Source of the DNA: Flaccisagitta enflata
Taxonomy: Eukaryota
Direction of reading: 5' to 3'
Length of the DNA stretch: 64,000 bases
NCBI GenBank assembly: GCA_965153355.1
Contig: OZ231126.1
Coordinates: 8,680,001 to 8,744,000, forward strand
Under the pieces are notes generated by a model. That model had not been told where the DNA came from and did no database searches. It worked only from the letters and a program-made list of their open reading frames with translations. Of the stretch, positions 45,040 to 61,435 are shown piece by piece; positions within the stretch are counted from its first letter, which is position 1, and each line of letters opens with the position of its first letter. The translations under genes and the position numbers were made by a program.

Positions 45040-46275
45040 TAAATGAATGGAATGTGCCCTAATTTCATCTCATCTCAACCTATTACATTGCCTCCCATTA
45101 TAACCTCTGTCACTTCACCTGATCTCATACTGACTCATCCCAGATCATCCCAGATCATCCCATATTAACCTCACTGAGATACGTATCCCATCCAAACCCA
45201 TTTTATTTCATCCCATACTGACCTTTTTGGGCAGCGGCCCCAAAGGGCCGATGTCCTGTAGAACACAGGGGGGAACTTCGAGACGTCAGTCCGTCCGTCC
45301 TTCCGTCCGTCCGTCCTTCTGTCCGTCCGTCCTTCCGTCTGCCCTTCCATCCGTCCTTCTGTCCGTCCGTCCCGTCCCCCCCCGTTGACCATCAAGGCCT
45401 CAAATTAGCCCTCCCAGGACTCAATTTAACCCTCCAGGCCTAAAATCGACCCTCTTGGCTTCAAATCAGCCCCCCTCCCATGCCCTAAATCTGCCTCCCA
45501 GACCTCAAATCTGCCCTCCAGACCTCAAATCTGCCCTCCAGACCTTCAATCAGCCCTCCAAACTTAAAACCAGCCTGCCAAACCTCAAATCTGCTCTCCA
45601 AGCCTTAATTATGCCCTCCAACCCTCAGATATGCCTTCAGTGGCATAAATCAGCCCCCCTCAGGACGGAAGGACGTCTCGAAATTCCCCTCTGTGTTCCA
45701 CAGGACATCGGCCCTGCTCTCACTCCACTTTTTCACTGGATCACTCAGCAGGGCATCGGGTACCGCTGACCATGTGCGATCCTTGGCTGACTAGTTCCTC
45801 TTATGTCCAATCATCCCATACTTATCTTTCATCTCATCTCATATCATCTTATCTTTATCATCTCATCCCCCACTAACCTATTTCATCTTATCCCATCTCA
45901 TGATAACTTATCCGATCTCATTGAAGCATCTTTTTCCGCTGACACGGAATAATGGGCCGCCCTTCAACAGCTTTCATTCTAGCACGTACCCCTCTTTCAC
46001 GCCTTTCTTCTTTTCTGCATTTCCTTATGTTTTTCTGCTTTTCCTTCTCTATTTCTTTCTTTCCCTCTTTTTTTCTTTGTTTCCTTGTTTCCTATTTTCT
46101 TTGTTTCTTTGTTTCTTTGTTTCTTTGTTTCTTTGTTTCTTTGTTTCTTTGTTTCTTTGTTTTTGTTTCTTTGTTTCTTTCTTTTTATCTTTCTTTGTTT
46201 CTTTCTTTCATTTATTCATTCATTCATTCAATCATTCATTCATTCATTCATTCATTCATTCATTCATTCATTCAT

Positions 46276-46322
<47 letters not shown>

Positions 46323-46351
46323 GTCTTTCCTAATTTCTTTCTTTCCTAATT

Positions 46352-46431
<80 letters not shown>

Positions 46432-47261
46432 TTTTTCTTTCTTTCTTTCCTTCTTTCTCCCTCTTTTTCATCATTGTCTCTTCCTCTTTCTCACTTTCTT
46501 CCTTTCTCTCCTTGTTTATTCCTGTAATACTCATGACTCATGAGTCATGAGTACTGTTATCGTTGTCTGTTCATTGCCGTACCTGATACCTCGGCTCCGC
46601 TTCCCACGATGAGATTTGTTTTCTTCAATTGTCTTCAAAGCATCATTTAGGGTTATTTCGCTTGTAAAGGAAAGGGAGCCAGGCGCCCATGACTTAAACG
46701 CGCGATATTCTTACCGGATATGCTAAAGGAAAGACGAAGCGAATTCCATTTTGAGTAATGTCCCTCCAGCATGTCTGTTCAAGATATCAGTAGTTTAGCG
46801 GGGAAACACGAGATCCTTTTTCAATAGTAAGCAAACATGAAATAACATTCTTTGATTTTTAGATGCGTCCTCGCATCTCTATATGAGGGTCTGTCCGTCG
46901 GTTGGTCCATCTGTCCGTCCGTTACACTTCCTTGACAATCACAGTTTTTGGCACTTTTCAGCCGCGAGGATGTCACATATCAAGTTATTATGATATTTTG
47001 TGAGCCTCTTTTGATACTATGTCTTCTTCTGTCTGTCTGTCTGTCTGCGCCAAAGTCAATACACGCAGAGATACAGTCAGGACCCATCGTTGCTTGATCG
47101 GGCTTGTTTTTTCCTATTTCAATTTCAAATATCACTCTCCAGCATCTTTGGTATGAGTTGAGAGCTTAAGACCTTTTTTTTAAGAAATGGCATTTTGCCT
47201 CTTTGAAAACAAAAAGCAATTTATGAGATGAAAAGAGCTCAACCACTCATTCAGACTCGCA

Positions 47262-47432
47262 CGCCACTTGCCACTCTCCACTCTCCACTCTCCACTCTCC
47301 ACTCGCCACTCGCCACTCGCCTTTTGCCACTCGCCACTCGCCACTCGCCACTCCTCACTCGCCACTCGCCACTCGCCACTCGCCACTCGCCACTCGCCAC
47401 TCGCCACTCGCCACTCGCCACTCGCCACTCGC
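47262..47432. repeat. (CCACTCG)n heptamer array
   Basis: Directly visible. Confidence 0.95.
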
Positions 47433-48028
47433 CTGGTGCGCGTAATCCATCATTTTCTTACATGAGCATTAGATCTTAGCTGCCATTTTGTTTTGTTATA
47501 GTTGGAAAAATCATATTTGCTATTTGTCACGCGCTGCACATTACTGATGTGTGAATGCATATGAAAAAGCGGCACCACTATGCACTGAATAGCGAATGGA
47601 TGTTTCAATACTCATGAACATGAAACAGTTACACTATGCGTTGAACCTTATCTCATGATACATCTATAACAGCCAATAGCAAATGGATGTTTCAATACCC
47701 ATAAACTGCTACACTATGCGCTGAACCGCATCTCATAATCCATTCATAATAGCCACAAGCTATAATGTTGGTAGAAGGTGTGTCTTACCAGTTAGTAAGT
47801 AGTTAGTCAATAGTTAGTAGTTGCATAAAGAGTTGGTGTGGCACAATTTCCGACAGTGTCGGTAGTCCAAGCAGCAACATTTACCGGTGGCGCTGAAGGC
47901 TGTAGCGGCTGTTGCGGTCATGGCAGCGGTGGTGGGTGTGGCGGCCGCGGCCATCGAAACAATTGAGATGCGAAAAAATGAGGGAAAAAATGGCTAGAAA
48001 AGCGCGGTTTATTCCTCAGGGCTCCGAA

Positions 48029-48122
<94 letters not shown>

Positions 48123-49560
48123 CCTGGATTTCTTCTGTAATTCTTCATGCGATTCTCATATCACCGCCACCATTGCCAAATTCCATTATGTCCGCTGTCC
48201 AATCAGTTTATCTCAGACGGATCAAGGGGAAATGGGAGTGAAGGGGGTGGAGGGGGGGGCGTAAATGGTCAGTGGAAGCAGCCTCAGGCGTTTTGCCTTG
48301 TTTCCTTCAATATTTCTCTCCCCATTTCATCTGTTTTAAGACGCGTGCACGCGACTCTACGACCCGCTTTTTCCATCCATCCGTCCGTCCATCCGTTGGT
48401 TGGTGGGTCTATTGGTCGGTCAGTCCATCACACTTTTTTATCAATTTTATTTTTTTAAGTCATTCAAAGTCATTCTAAGTTGTTGTATGAGTAAGTCTCG
48501 CACGCGACTCAGAGGTGTTGGCCTTGTTGTTTTCTAAAGTCGCGTTCCATGATGCATCACCATTAGAATGAGTGGAAATCATGATTCAATTATACCCAAA
48601 AGAGTAATGTAAATCTGCATATAAAGGAGACAATATCTTGGTGTCTTCGTGTCATTTTTTTGCTCTTTATATTGGGAAAAATGGAAATCCACCTACAACA
48701 GATATAACTCTTTGGTCAGTTGGCATCCGTTATTTCGGGGGTTCAGCTGTCAGCGGTATATGGACTTAGAGAGCAATGAATGACCAGAGAATAAACTGAT
48801 AAAGGTGAACGCCTTGAAAATGGACTCATTGTGGTGAATGGCTTGGGTTTGCAGTCGCTCCAGTACAGTGCAGTCTCTCACAATGGAGATCATTTAGACC
48901 GGTGTGTTTTCGCCAGATTTTCTCACCAAAACGTTTTATTCATCTTTAGGTTAATCATAACAGTGACTCATGGATATTATAAAGGCAAATCCAAAAGCGG
49001 ATTGGAAAATTGATTTCAAAGCTTTTTTACATTTTATGCAGTTGAAAGATTCACGATCATTGTAATTCAAAAAATCAAATTTTGCTGAACAATTTAGTGT
49101 AATACCCTTTTTTAATTGTTGCTGTGGTCTCTATATTGGCTGATAGTCCAAAGAATGTATCATCAACCAGTGCACAACAAATAAGACAAGAAAGAAAGAA
49201 AAAAAGAAAGCGCTTACAAAAGATACGATAGAAAGTGAGAAAGGGTAGGAAAGAATTTTATGACATAGTCATTTTCTCCGTGATATCATTTTATGACATT
49301 TTCACCTTCTCCGTGATATCATTTTATGACATTTTCACCTTTACTGTGATATCATGTTCTTTGCGAGAACATCCATAATTCAATGAGGTAAGAAATGTTT
49401 CAACGTCAGAATTGGTTCGGGAATGAGATTCACCACCACGCCATCATAGCCAATGTGGCGGTGGGTAACAATGCCACAAAACCAAATCATCAAAACCGTG
49501 CCAGCGAGGAAAATGCCACAAAACTTGGTCACCAAAACTGCGCGTGCCATCAAGGAAATA

Positions 49561-49691
49561 TGATAGGTGGAATGATATCCTTCACTGTACCCAAACTGAA
49601 AAATATGGGAGAGGGCCTTGTGAGCCCTCACTGACTAGTTACTACGCGCATCACTCCTAGTTTTCCATTTAGCAAAACTAACTTAGCAAAC
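49561..49691 (+). mobile_element. ~130-bp dispersed repeat with Helitron-like hairpin + CTAG. Inverted copies at 56236-56357 and 56551-56681
   Basis: GAGGGCCTTGTGAGCCCTC hairpin followed by ACTGACTAG. Three closely similar copies in the window. Confidence 0.55.
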
Positions 49692-51301
49692 AACCCAAAA
49701 CACTAATGGTCAGCGATACCCGTTTCCGTGCTTTGCATTTTGAATCGGAGTGAGAAGAAGCATGGAACTGGTCTCAAAGGGGACGAAGTCCTGCAGTGCA
49801 GAGGGGGAATTCTGTTCATCCAGCATAATTCGATTGAAGAAGCTCTGACAAGGGCTATTTGATTTAAGGGTGTATGATGGCATAAGGGCTCAGTAAAAGC
49901 TGATTTTAGGGCTTTAGGAGTCTGGTTGAACTAATTTGAAGGTCTGTGTTCAACAGGACTCCGTCCCCTTCAGGACCCCTGCCCAAAAACGAATCATGTC
50001 AACCACACAAGGAGGAATAAATGCCACCAAACCAAATCAACCCCACTGCGCCAGTGGGGGAAAATGCTGCATAACTAAATCCCCCCCATTTTGCCAGCGG
50101 GGAACAAAGCCACAAAACCAGCGAGGAAAATGAAAAAAAAAAACACCGCCACCGCGCCAGCGGAGGAAAATGCCACTGAGTTAAATTGCAGCCTCCGCGC
50201 CAGCACAGAGAAAAGTGCCACAAAGTCAAATTGCTACTAAGACGCCACACCCCCCCCCCACACACACACAAATTTTGAGGGAAAAGGTATCGGAAATTGT
50301 GAAAATTCGAGTTTAGAGAACGGAAGAATTTACGTAAAATCGTCAAAAAGAAGTCAATGGAAGAATGTCACCTCGAACAAATTGGAAAATATGTATGGTA
50401 TATGGTGATGATTGAAACAACATTGCCTTATCGGAAAAAATCGAAATACGTTTTTCAATTTTTCAGTTTTGCTTGTAAATCAATTTGTTCTATTTTCGCT
50501 TGAGGAAGTTGGGTCACAACTAGGCTCGCATGTGGCTGGGGTTGAAATTGACACAGGGTGAGAAAGGGAATTTTTTTACACCTTCTGGAGCGAAGCAGAG
50601 CGCTGTCGGGACAATACTTCTTAACTTAGGAAATTTTTGTGGATCTTTTTCAGTTTCCGCACGCACGCAAATGGAATCTGAATGCGAGAATGTTTTCTCT
50701 ATCAAATTGTTACAGCGTGATAGGTAAAAACTGACTTCATTTTGATTAACAAGCGACATGCATGGAAGACTGTAAAGTTAACAGTGTGAAGTGAATAAGC
50801 GTGCATGTGTACATGAAATGGACAACATTACTACTGAACCAAACAAGGACAAGAGCCTTAGGAGCTCTAACTGGTGTTTGATAGCGACCCTTCACATTGT
50901 GAAGTTCACAACAATTCTTTTAATGAGCAAAAACCCACTTCAAACCTTACCAAAGAGCTGCTCAAAAGAGACAAATCAACCGCGAGAAAAATCCATAATT
51001 GTCGACTATTTGTGCCATGTGCTAGTGACAAGAAAGAGTACCAGATATGAGTGTTTAACTATGCCACAACATTCCTCACATCTATCTTATCTTCCCAGTG
51101 TAATAAGCTCATAACACTTACAACAAGATTTTCCTCACTGATTGAGTACATTCCACCAAGTGACTCTGAGTCAACCCCAAATTCTGAAGTTCATATATAA
51201 CCAAATTATAAGTTAGTTATCAAAGGCAATGTTGTGAAAAAGACACCATGGAGGCTAGAATCGAGTGTCAATCAATTGGGACTGCCGGCATTCTATACCA
51301 A

Positions 51302-51546
51302 CACTGTGGGCCTTAATGGGTTCAATAAAATCCCCGACAGTAGTGATTTGTAAATGTGAGTACATTTTATAGTGAAGAATTGATATTGACCCTTAAAAAA
51401 ATTTTCCTTCAACAATCTTTGCAAAAATTTTCAAGGGTGTTTTTTTTAATGATCAATATCAATTTTCCACTATAAAATGTATTTACATAACCAAGTCACT
51501 ACTGTCGGGGATTTTTTTAACCCATATCCTATGAAGGCCAACTGTG
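51302..51546. mobile_element. Palindromic MITE with CAC...GTG termini and 4-bp TSD (Chapaev/CMC-like)
   Basis: CCAA|CACTGTGGGCC ... GGCCAACTGTG|CCAA. Internal arms AAAATCCCCGACAGTAGTGA / TCACTACTGTCGGGGATTTT. Confidence 0.7.
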
Positions 51547-51904
51547 CCAAGGTACTAGACATATACAAGTGATACGGCATGCGTAAACGTGCGTTCGTGT
51601 GTGAATAAGCATCATGAACAGCTGATGAATATGTAATTTTCAACGACATGATTGATATCATATGAATATTCAGATTGCAGAGAGTGAAATCGGAACTGCC
51701 GAGATATTCAATGTCGTTCCACAAGACTGGTCACAACGATTTAAAGTGAAGAATATTTGATTGAAATTCATTAAGCAGCTGAAAGGTGTGCAAGTGTTAT
51801 CATTTTTCCTTTTGATTTGTCAGCCTAACAACTTCTCGCCTGTTCAAGGAAGAATACTGGCCACTGTTCTGCTCGCAAGGTCAGTTGGTCCATCTGAGAT
51901 ATTA

Positions 51905-52502
51905 ACAGGGTGTGCAAAATTATCCGGACTTGCTCCATAGAAAGAAAACCATACTTAGAAGTGACCCAGGACTATGAAATTTGAGCCTGAGTAACCCAGT
52001 TAATTATACTAGAAGCTAAAATTGTTGGTAGGTCTTTTCTACATCCCTTGTCACTATGGGAGTTAAATGAATTGAAGCAAAGATTTGGATTTTGACAGGA
52101 TTTTATTTCATAGAAAGAATAGGTAACAAAATCATAGATTTTTGTATTTGTAACCACTCCATAGTAACTTTCTTAGCTTGACTCACACTATGCTGATGTA
52201 GGTAAATTAAGTCAACATCAATAGAGCTCACATATGCAAATAAACTAGGCTTAAAGGGAAAGAAAAATTAACATCAGAATTTCAGGGTTTTTTTTTAATC
52301 AATCCTTTCAAGGAGTGTTTTATCTGAGTCAAATTTACCTGAAAAGTTTTATTTCTGACCTTTTTATTCTTTGTGAATTTTGGTTTTGAATGGTAAAAAA
52401 AATACTGTTTCAAATTTACCCCTTCTGGTTTCAAAAATTATCATTTGTACAGGATTTTTAAGAAAAGTAACTGCCAATTCCGGATAATTTTGCACACCCT
52501 GT
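51905..52502. mobile_element. TA-flanked MITE (ACAGGGTGTGCAAAA termini)
   Basis: TA|ACAGGGTGTGCAAAATTATCCGGA ... TCCGGATAATTTTGCACACCCTGT|TA, a perfect 24-bp TIR. Confidence 0.85.
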
Positions 52503-52826
52503 TAGGACTTTCTTTTGCAAAGGTATCTGGTGGTCAGTTTACAGATATCTGAGAAAAGACAGTTCCTTCAATCTTTTAGGTGCTTTGCTACATCATTGTG
52601 TATGTGTATGTCCATATCACTATATTGTCCGATTCACAGTCCGAGTGTCTATGCATGTGTGTGTCAAAGGGGAAAAAAACACTGATCTTGTTTCGTGATT
52701 CATGGTGATACCGAGGAAGCACTCAAACCATCATACTTCATGAATCATCACTTTTCACGACTTTTGGGACTGCCACCTGTTATCTGTGTTCCAACAGAAC
52801 TAATTGAATGAATTTGTCAAAAATTC

Positions 52827-52925
<99 letters not shown>

Positions 52926-53269
52926 TCATTCTCTCTCTTTCTATTTTTCTCTCTTTGTCTCAGTTTCCCATTCTTACCCCAATGACTCTTTGGTCCCGTC
53001 CCAAGAGGATGCCATGGCAGCCATGGCAGCCTCGTCTAGTACTCCACTGCCCCTAATGAAACCCTAATCATCCCATGATCATCACTTGAAATAATCACTC
53101 TCCCGTGAAATTCGATATGTAAATGAGAGGAAAACTTGCAGCAATCTGCATCCCGGTTAACTACGTATGCATTTATGTTGGTGCAACCATGCGTTATTCA
53201 TTTGTTTTTGCTTGTCATTCACTCTCACTGTGCAAGTTTGATTGCAAATCTTCTTACCTTATTTTTTCC

Positions 53270-54450
<1,181 letters not shown>

Positions 54451-54697
54451 TGTTATCGTCATTTCCTCCCCTGCCGGAATCTCTCACACATTTCCCCTTT
54501 GTCTTTAACATCACACTTTTCGGCTCTCTTATCTCGTATTTGTCTCAAACGCCTTCTTTCTTTCTTTCTGTCTTTTTTCTTTCAGTCTCTTTCTTTATCT
54601 TTCTTTCTTCATTCCATAACAATTCTTTTTCCTATCTCCTTACCACCTCCCATCCCATCACTTGTTCACTACTGCGTCACTGTCTGTCAAACCGTCT

Positions 54698-54890
<193 letters not shown>

Positions 54891-54979
54891 AGATTGCCGA
54901 GGGCATCCGTCTTCTTGCTTGTGCACGCGAATTTCATCATCCACGTAATTTGTGCGCACGTGCCTCTTATTCTTTCTTC

Positions 54980-55067
<88 letters not shown>

Positions 55068-55094
55068 TTGTTGTTGTTGTTGTTGTTGTTGTGG

Positions 55095-55139
<45 letters not shown>

Positions 55140-55256
55140 TTGTTTTTGTTTTTGCTTTTGTTTTTGCTTTTGTTTGTGTTTTTGTTTTTGTTGTGGTTGT
55201 GGTTGTGGTTGTGATTGTGGTTGTGGGTCTGGTTGTGATTGTGGTTATGGTTGTGG

Positions 55257-55330
<74 letters not shown>

Positions 55331-57789
55331 GCTGCTGGTTTTTAGGGCAGTAGCCCCTAAGGGGCCAATGACCCATGCTTTCACACAAGGGAAATTTCTC
55401 CTTCTTCTCCTCCTTCTTGTTATGTCCCAGTTTTGAGGCTCCAATCCCAGCTCCAAGGCTCAAATCTCAGCCTGGAGGATCAAATTTCAACCTTGATGCT
55501 CAAATCCCGGCCTCAAGGATCAATTCCCAGCCTGGAGGCTCAAATCCCAGCATTAAGGCTCAAATCCCAGCCTGAGGCTTTAATCCCAGCCTGAAGGCTC
55601 AAATCCCAGCCTAGAGGCTCAAATCTTAGCCTTGAGGTCTAAATCCCAACCTCAAGGCTCAAATCCCAGCCTTGAGGGACAAATCCAACCATTCAGGTTC
55701 ATATCCCAGCCTTGAAGCTCCCGACTTACTAAGCATAGGTCATCAGTCCCTTCGGGGTCGCTGCCCCTTTTACCGCCACACATCCACATGAACTCATATA
55801 GGGGCAACTGGTACCGCTGACCATCTAACGCTTTTGCGACTGTTATTGCTCTTCCTTTTGTCAATTAACAAACCAGATTAAATGGATGCAAAAAAGTCGA
55901 CAAGAATCAAGGATGCAACTTACGAGTCAAATTCCTGGCAGAACTTTTGTCACAAAACTCATTAATGCAATGCAGTAACTCGCGCGTAATCATACTGACG
56001 AATAGAAAAAAGAATGAAAGGTCGGCTGAAGGGATGAATCATTTAGCCAGAGGGTGTGGATTGGATCAACTTGACTGCGTCTTCATGCTTTAGGCGGTGC
56101 AGTGCAAGTCTGATAACAAGTAAAGGTCGTCAGCTAAAAATAAATCTGCGAAAGTACACCGTCGCAGGTAACGCGTCTACTTTCTAAATTACTTTGTGCC
56201 TGCTTATGCGTGTTTATATGACTTTCTGTCTGCATGTTAGTTTTGCTAAATGGAAAACTAGGAGTGATGTGCGTAGTAACTAGTCATTGAGGGCTCACAA
56301 GGCTCTCTTCCATATTTTTCAGTTTGGTTATAGTGAGGGATATTGTTCCACCTATCATACTACTCAGTGCCTTGGATTAGAAGGTCCGGCGGTCGCATTA
56401 AGCTTGACCTTGATTCTATCCTTCAAGAGTATGGTTTCTTAACAATGTTACCCTCGGGTGATTTGTTGCATTTTGGTAACACAGGTAACAATCATATGCC
56501 CTTAGCTATTTCTGTAAGCATAAATGTTTTGGGTTAGACTAAGAATGGATGTTTGCTAAGTTAGTTTTGCTAAATGGAAAACTAGGAGTGATGCGCGTAG
56601 TAACTAGTCATTGAGGGCTCACAAGGCCCTCTTCCATGTTTTTCAGTTTGGGTATAGTGAGGGATATTGTTCCACCTATCACGACTTTATGTCAGCTCTT
56701 TTATACGACTTTGTATCTGCTTGTTTGATAAATAAATGGTTACAATAGAAGCCCAAGACAGCTCCACAACATGAACTGCTCGGAGAATTCCGTTGTTTTT
56801 TTTTTTCTCGGTTTTTGTTATTTCGGTACAAAATAAATGTTCATATGACTTTCTGTCTGCTTATTGATTTCTTTGCGTCCTCCTGTCAGATGACATTGCA
56901 TGTGCTTGTTTAATGAGTCGAAGTCTTCATATCAGCTTGTTTATTACGAATTTGTGTCTGCTTGTTAAATGACTTTTTGTAAGCTTGTTAAATGACTTTA
57001 TGTCAGCTTGTGTCTGGTTGTCATTTTTCTTTGCATCTGCTTGTTAAATGACTTTGCGCGCAAGGAGTAGTAATCTTCGTGCTAACATGCTTTCATTCTT
57101 TGAATGCTACCATCTAGGAATGGAGCACTAACTAGTTCAACTAGTTGTTAGTATCAATTTTCGAAGAGCGCTAGTCGTAGTCCTGGACAAATTGAGCAAC
57201 TGACCCCAGCTTTTGAAAAAGTTTGAACAACTTTTTCAAAATGCCACTTAGTTCACTTAGTATTTTCTACTTTTCAGTCGCGTGCTACGCGACGCTACAC
57301 CCCGCTTTGTCCGTTCGTCCATCGGTCGGTCGGTTGGTTGTTCGGTCGGTCGGTCCCCATTTTACTTTTTTTATGTTTTTGCGGTCTTTGGCCTCACTGC
57401 TTTTGCCCAAGTGCTTTAGTAACTCAAATACTGCCCCTGCCCACCCGCACGCGACTAAGGTAGCCGTGTATCCGGCCTTGTTAAGTGTAAGTGTACTTTT
57501 TTCCTAAATGGAATATGAGCACGTTTTTTTTTTTCTTTTTTTTTTCAATAATCATAACACGCGTCATTGTGCGCGTTGCATGTAATTTGCATGCTTTTGA
57601 GCGTGATATTGCGTCTACGTTCGTGTCCTAAACCTTTTTCTATAAATAACACTTGATCACTCATCTTGGACTTAGCGCTTGTGTGCGGGCAGGAGAGAGA
57701 GCCTGATCTAAAAATACAATGATGAGTCTGGGTTTTTTTCGGCACGTAATATGTGTAGGAAAATGAATAGATGGACAGGAAATCAGAGG

Positions 57790-58355
57790 AAAAGAAGAAG
57801 AAGAAGAAGAAGAAGAAGAAGAAGAAGAAGAAGAAGAAGAAGAAGAAGAAGAAGAAGAAGAAGAAGAAGAAGAAGAAGAAGAAGAAGAAGAAGAAGAAGA
57901 AAAAAAGACGAGGAAGAAAAAGAAGAAGAAGAAGAAGAAGAAGAAGAAGAAGAAGAAGAAGAAGAAGAAGAAGAAGAAGAAGAAGAAAAAGAAAAAGAAA
58001 AAGAAAAAGAAAAAGAAAATGAAAATGAAAATGAAAATGAAAATGAAAATGAAAATGAAAATGAAAATGAAAATGAAAATGAAAAAGAAAAAGAAAAAGA
58101 AAAAGTAGAAGAAGAAGAAGAAGAAGAAGAAGAAGAAGAAGAAGAAAAAGAAGCAGAAGAAGAAGAAGAGAAAGAGAAAGAGAAAGAGAAAGAGATAGAG
58201 AAAGAGAAAGAAAAAGAAAAAGAAAAAGAAAAAGAAAAAGAAAAAGAAGTAGAAGCAGAAGCAGAAGCAGAAGCAGAAGCAGAAGAAGAAGAAGAAGAGG
58301 AAGAAGGAGAAGAAGGAGAAGAAGGAGAAGAAGAAGAAGAAGAAGAAGAAGAAGA
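57790..58355. repeat. (GAA)n/(GAAAAA)n/(GAAAAT)n compound purine tract
   Basis: Directly visible. Confidence 0.95.
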
Positions 58356-58455
58356 TTACGACAACGAGTTGGCAAAACGCTGTCTCAGAAACACCTTTAA
58401 AAAGTCGACTGGAGTGAGTACAAGACGAAGATTGATTGTTTAAAAAAGATCTTTA

Positions 58456-59060
58456 ACAGGATGTGCAAAAAATTTGGCAAAAACATAAAAGCACAAAAAC
58501 CACACTTCTTGATGGCCCAGTAACACAAAATTTGGGGTGTAGCCTCCTAATTAGTTCTAATAGATGTTAGAATGTGCAGTTTTTCATAAGAATAATCTTG
58601 GTTGGCAAAGGAATGAATTTTGCTCTGGTCAAATTTTCCCATTTAACAGAATTTTTACCAGTAAAACAAAGCTGAGGACATTAATCACTACGCTTAATAT
58701 TACATCCAAATCAGTATCCCAAAGTGGTCAATTCATCCAAGGGTAATCATCAAAGAAGCAGTACAGTCATTCTGACTCAAAATTGGCTTCAAAACAATTG
58801 TAAAAAATCAAATTAAACAATTTGAAAGTCACTATCAATTTTGTTTTGTTTATCAGAATTCCTTTTCCCATGACCACAATAAATGGACCTTCCCACCCCT
58901 CCATTGATTTCAATTCATGAATTCTTGCTGCCTGTGGGCAAATAGACATGTGAAACTAAGCAACCCTCATATCAAAGCTATATTTTGATTTAAAAAATCA
59001 TTTGAAAGCAGTTTAAAACTGTTCCTGGTAAAATTTTGCCAAATTTTTTGCACATCCTGT
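58456..59060. mobile_element. TA-flanked MITE related by terminus to 51905-52502
   Basis: TA|ACAGGATGTGCAAAAAATTTGGCAAAA ... TTTTGCCAAATTTTTTGCACATCCTGT|TA, a perfect 27-bp TIR. Confidence 0.85.
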
Positions 59061-60100
59061 TAGAACAAATAAAAAGTTTCTGTCTCAAAACCCCGATTGG
59101 TTTGAAAATTCACGCATGGCGATGTCTATGGTATGGACACTTTGTCCGACCCTCAGGTAGAAAGAATCACTAATTATTTGTAAAGGTCTTTCTCTATGGT
59201 TTCCTGCCTTCATCTTTGTTGGTGATGAAAAAGGGGGGGGTGGTGATGGTAAAGGTGATGGTGACAGTCATGGCGTTGGCGATAGTGAGGGTGATGGTGA
59301 CAGTCATGACGTTGGTGATAGTGATGGTGATGATGGAGGGATGAGGCTGGCGGTTACGGCGGTGGTGGACACTTTGTGTTTCCATAGATAAGCGTAAATG
59401 TTTCTTCTTTATTCCTGAAAAATGGCTTCGATGACTCGTTTTGATGTTTTTAGTCGCGTGTCCGTTACTCTACACCCGGCTTTGTCCGTCCTTCCTACCT
59501 TCTGTCGGTCGGTCCATCCGTCCGTCACACTTGTACTTTTTTTTTATCAATTTTATTCCTTTAAGTCATTTTAGGTCATATATGAGTATACCTAGTTATT
59601 CCAAGTCATTCTTAGTCTCGCACGCGACGTATAGGTGTAGGCCTTGATTCCACTTCTCTTCCCTTTTTCACCGTCTTTCTCACGATAATTCGCCGGTGAA
59701 CTAATCAGCTTCATTGGAATTTTTCCAATGATTCGAGAAAGTCCTTGAAGAACAAATGAAGAACGGAAAAAGAACAAAAAAAAAAAAAAAAACAAAAAAG
59801 AACAAATGCATTTGAAATCAACTCGACAATCTTTAGTTCCTTTCAAGTAAAAGATAAGAACGAAGAAAGTCGAAGGTGAGGGAGAAACCGGTGATTGCTG
59901 AAGGGTGAGAGTAGAAGGTGACGGAGCAATAGGAGGTGATGGAGAAACCGGTCAACGCGGGTGGCAGTGAGGGGTTGATGGGAAGTGATTGCAGTGGGAG
60001 ATAATGATGCAGAGGAGGTGCCGATCACAGGATGCTATTATTAGTGACAAACACTAGAGACACAGGCACTGAAGGTCTGGTGACAAACTGGGAAAAAGGC

Positions 60101-60179
<79 letters not shown>

Positions 60180-60242
60180 AAGAGAGAGAGAGAAAGGTAA
60201 ATGTGAGAATGGTAAAGTTAAGAGTAAAGAGAGAGATAGAGG

Positions 60243-60309
<67 letters not shown>

Positions 60310-60344
60310 AGAGAATCAGAATTTCCATGAATATTAATTTGAGT

Positions 60345-60792
60345 GCAATGGTGGAGTTGAGGCATTGTTAGATGTGTGGCAATGGTAGAGTGAGGCATTG
60401 GTAAATGTTTGGCAATGGTAGAGTTGACACATCGGTTAATGTGTGCACTGTTAGAGTTATGGCAACGGTAAATGAGTGGCAATGGTAGAGTTGAGGCATT
60501 GGTAAATGTGTGGCAATAGTAGAGTTGAGACATTGGTAAATGTGTGGCAATGGTAGAGTTGAGGCATTGGTAAATGTGTGGCAATAGTAGAGTTGAGACG
60601 TTGGTAAATATGTGGATATAGTAGAGTTGAGACGTTGGTAAATGTGTGGCAATGAGAGAGTAGAGACATTGGTAAATGTGTGGCAATGGTAGAGTTGACA
60701 CATCGGTTAATGTGTGCACTGTTAGAGTTATGGCAACGGTAAATGAGTGGCAATGGTAGAGTTGAGGCATTGTGTAAATGTGTGGCAATAGT
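60345..60792. repeat. ~34-bp minisatellite (GGCAATGGTAGAGTTGAGGCATTGGTAAATGTGT) followed by ~400-bp (GT)n
   Basis: Variant block GTTGACACATCGGTTAATGTGTGCACTG recurs at ~60423 and ~60694. Confidence 0.9.
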
Positions 60793-60809
60793 AGTGTGTG
60801 TGTGTGTGT

Positions 60810-61184
<375 letters not shown>

Positions 61185-61435
61185 TGTGTGTGTGTGTGCG
61201 TGAACGTTTTTCTCTATCTGACTGGCTGTCTTTTACTGTTTGTGTTAAAGTGAGGTTTTTTGCGCATGTCTGCGCTTGAAATTGGTCATGTTTCCGATGA
61301 ATCTTCCAACGTCTTTTACTGCCTACAAATCTCTTTAATCTCAAGACAAATCCAACATGTACCAAGACTTACTTACTCAAACATACTTCTTTCTTAAAAT
61401 GCTCCGAGTAAAAGGACACGTCTCTCTGCGTTGTA

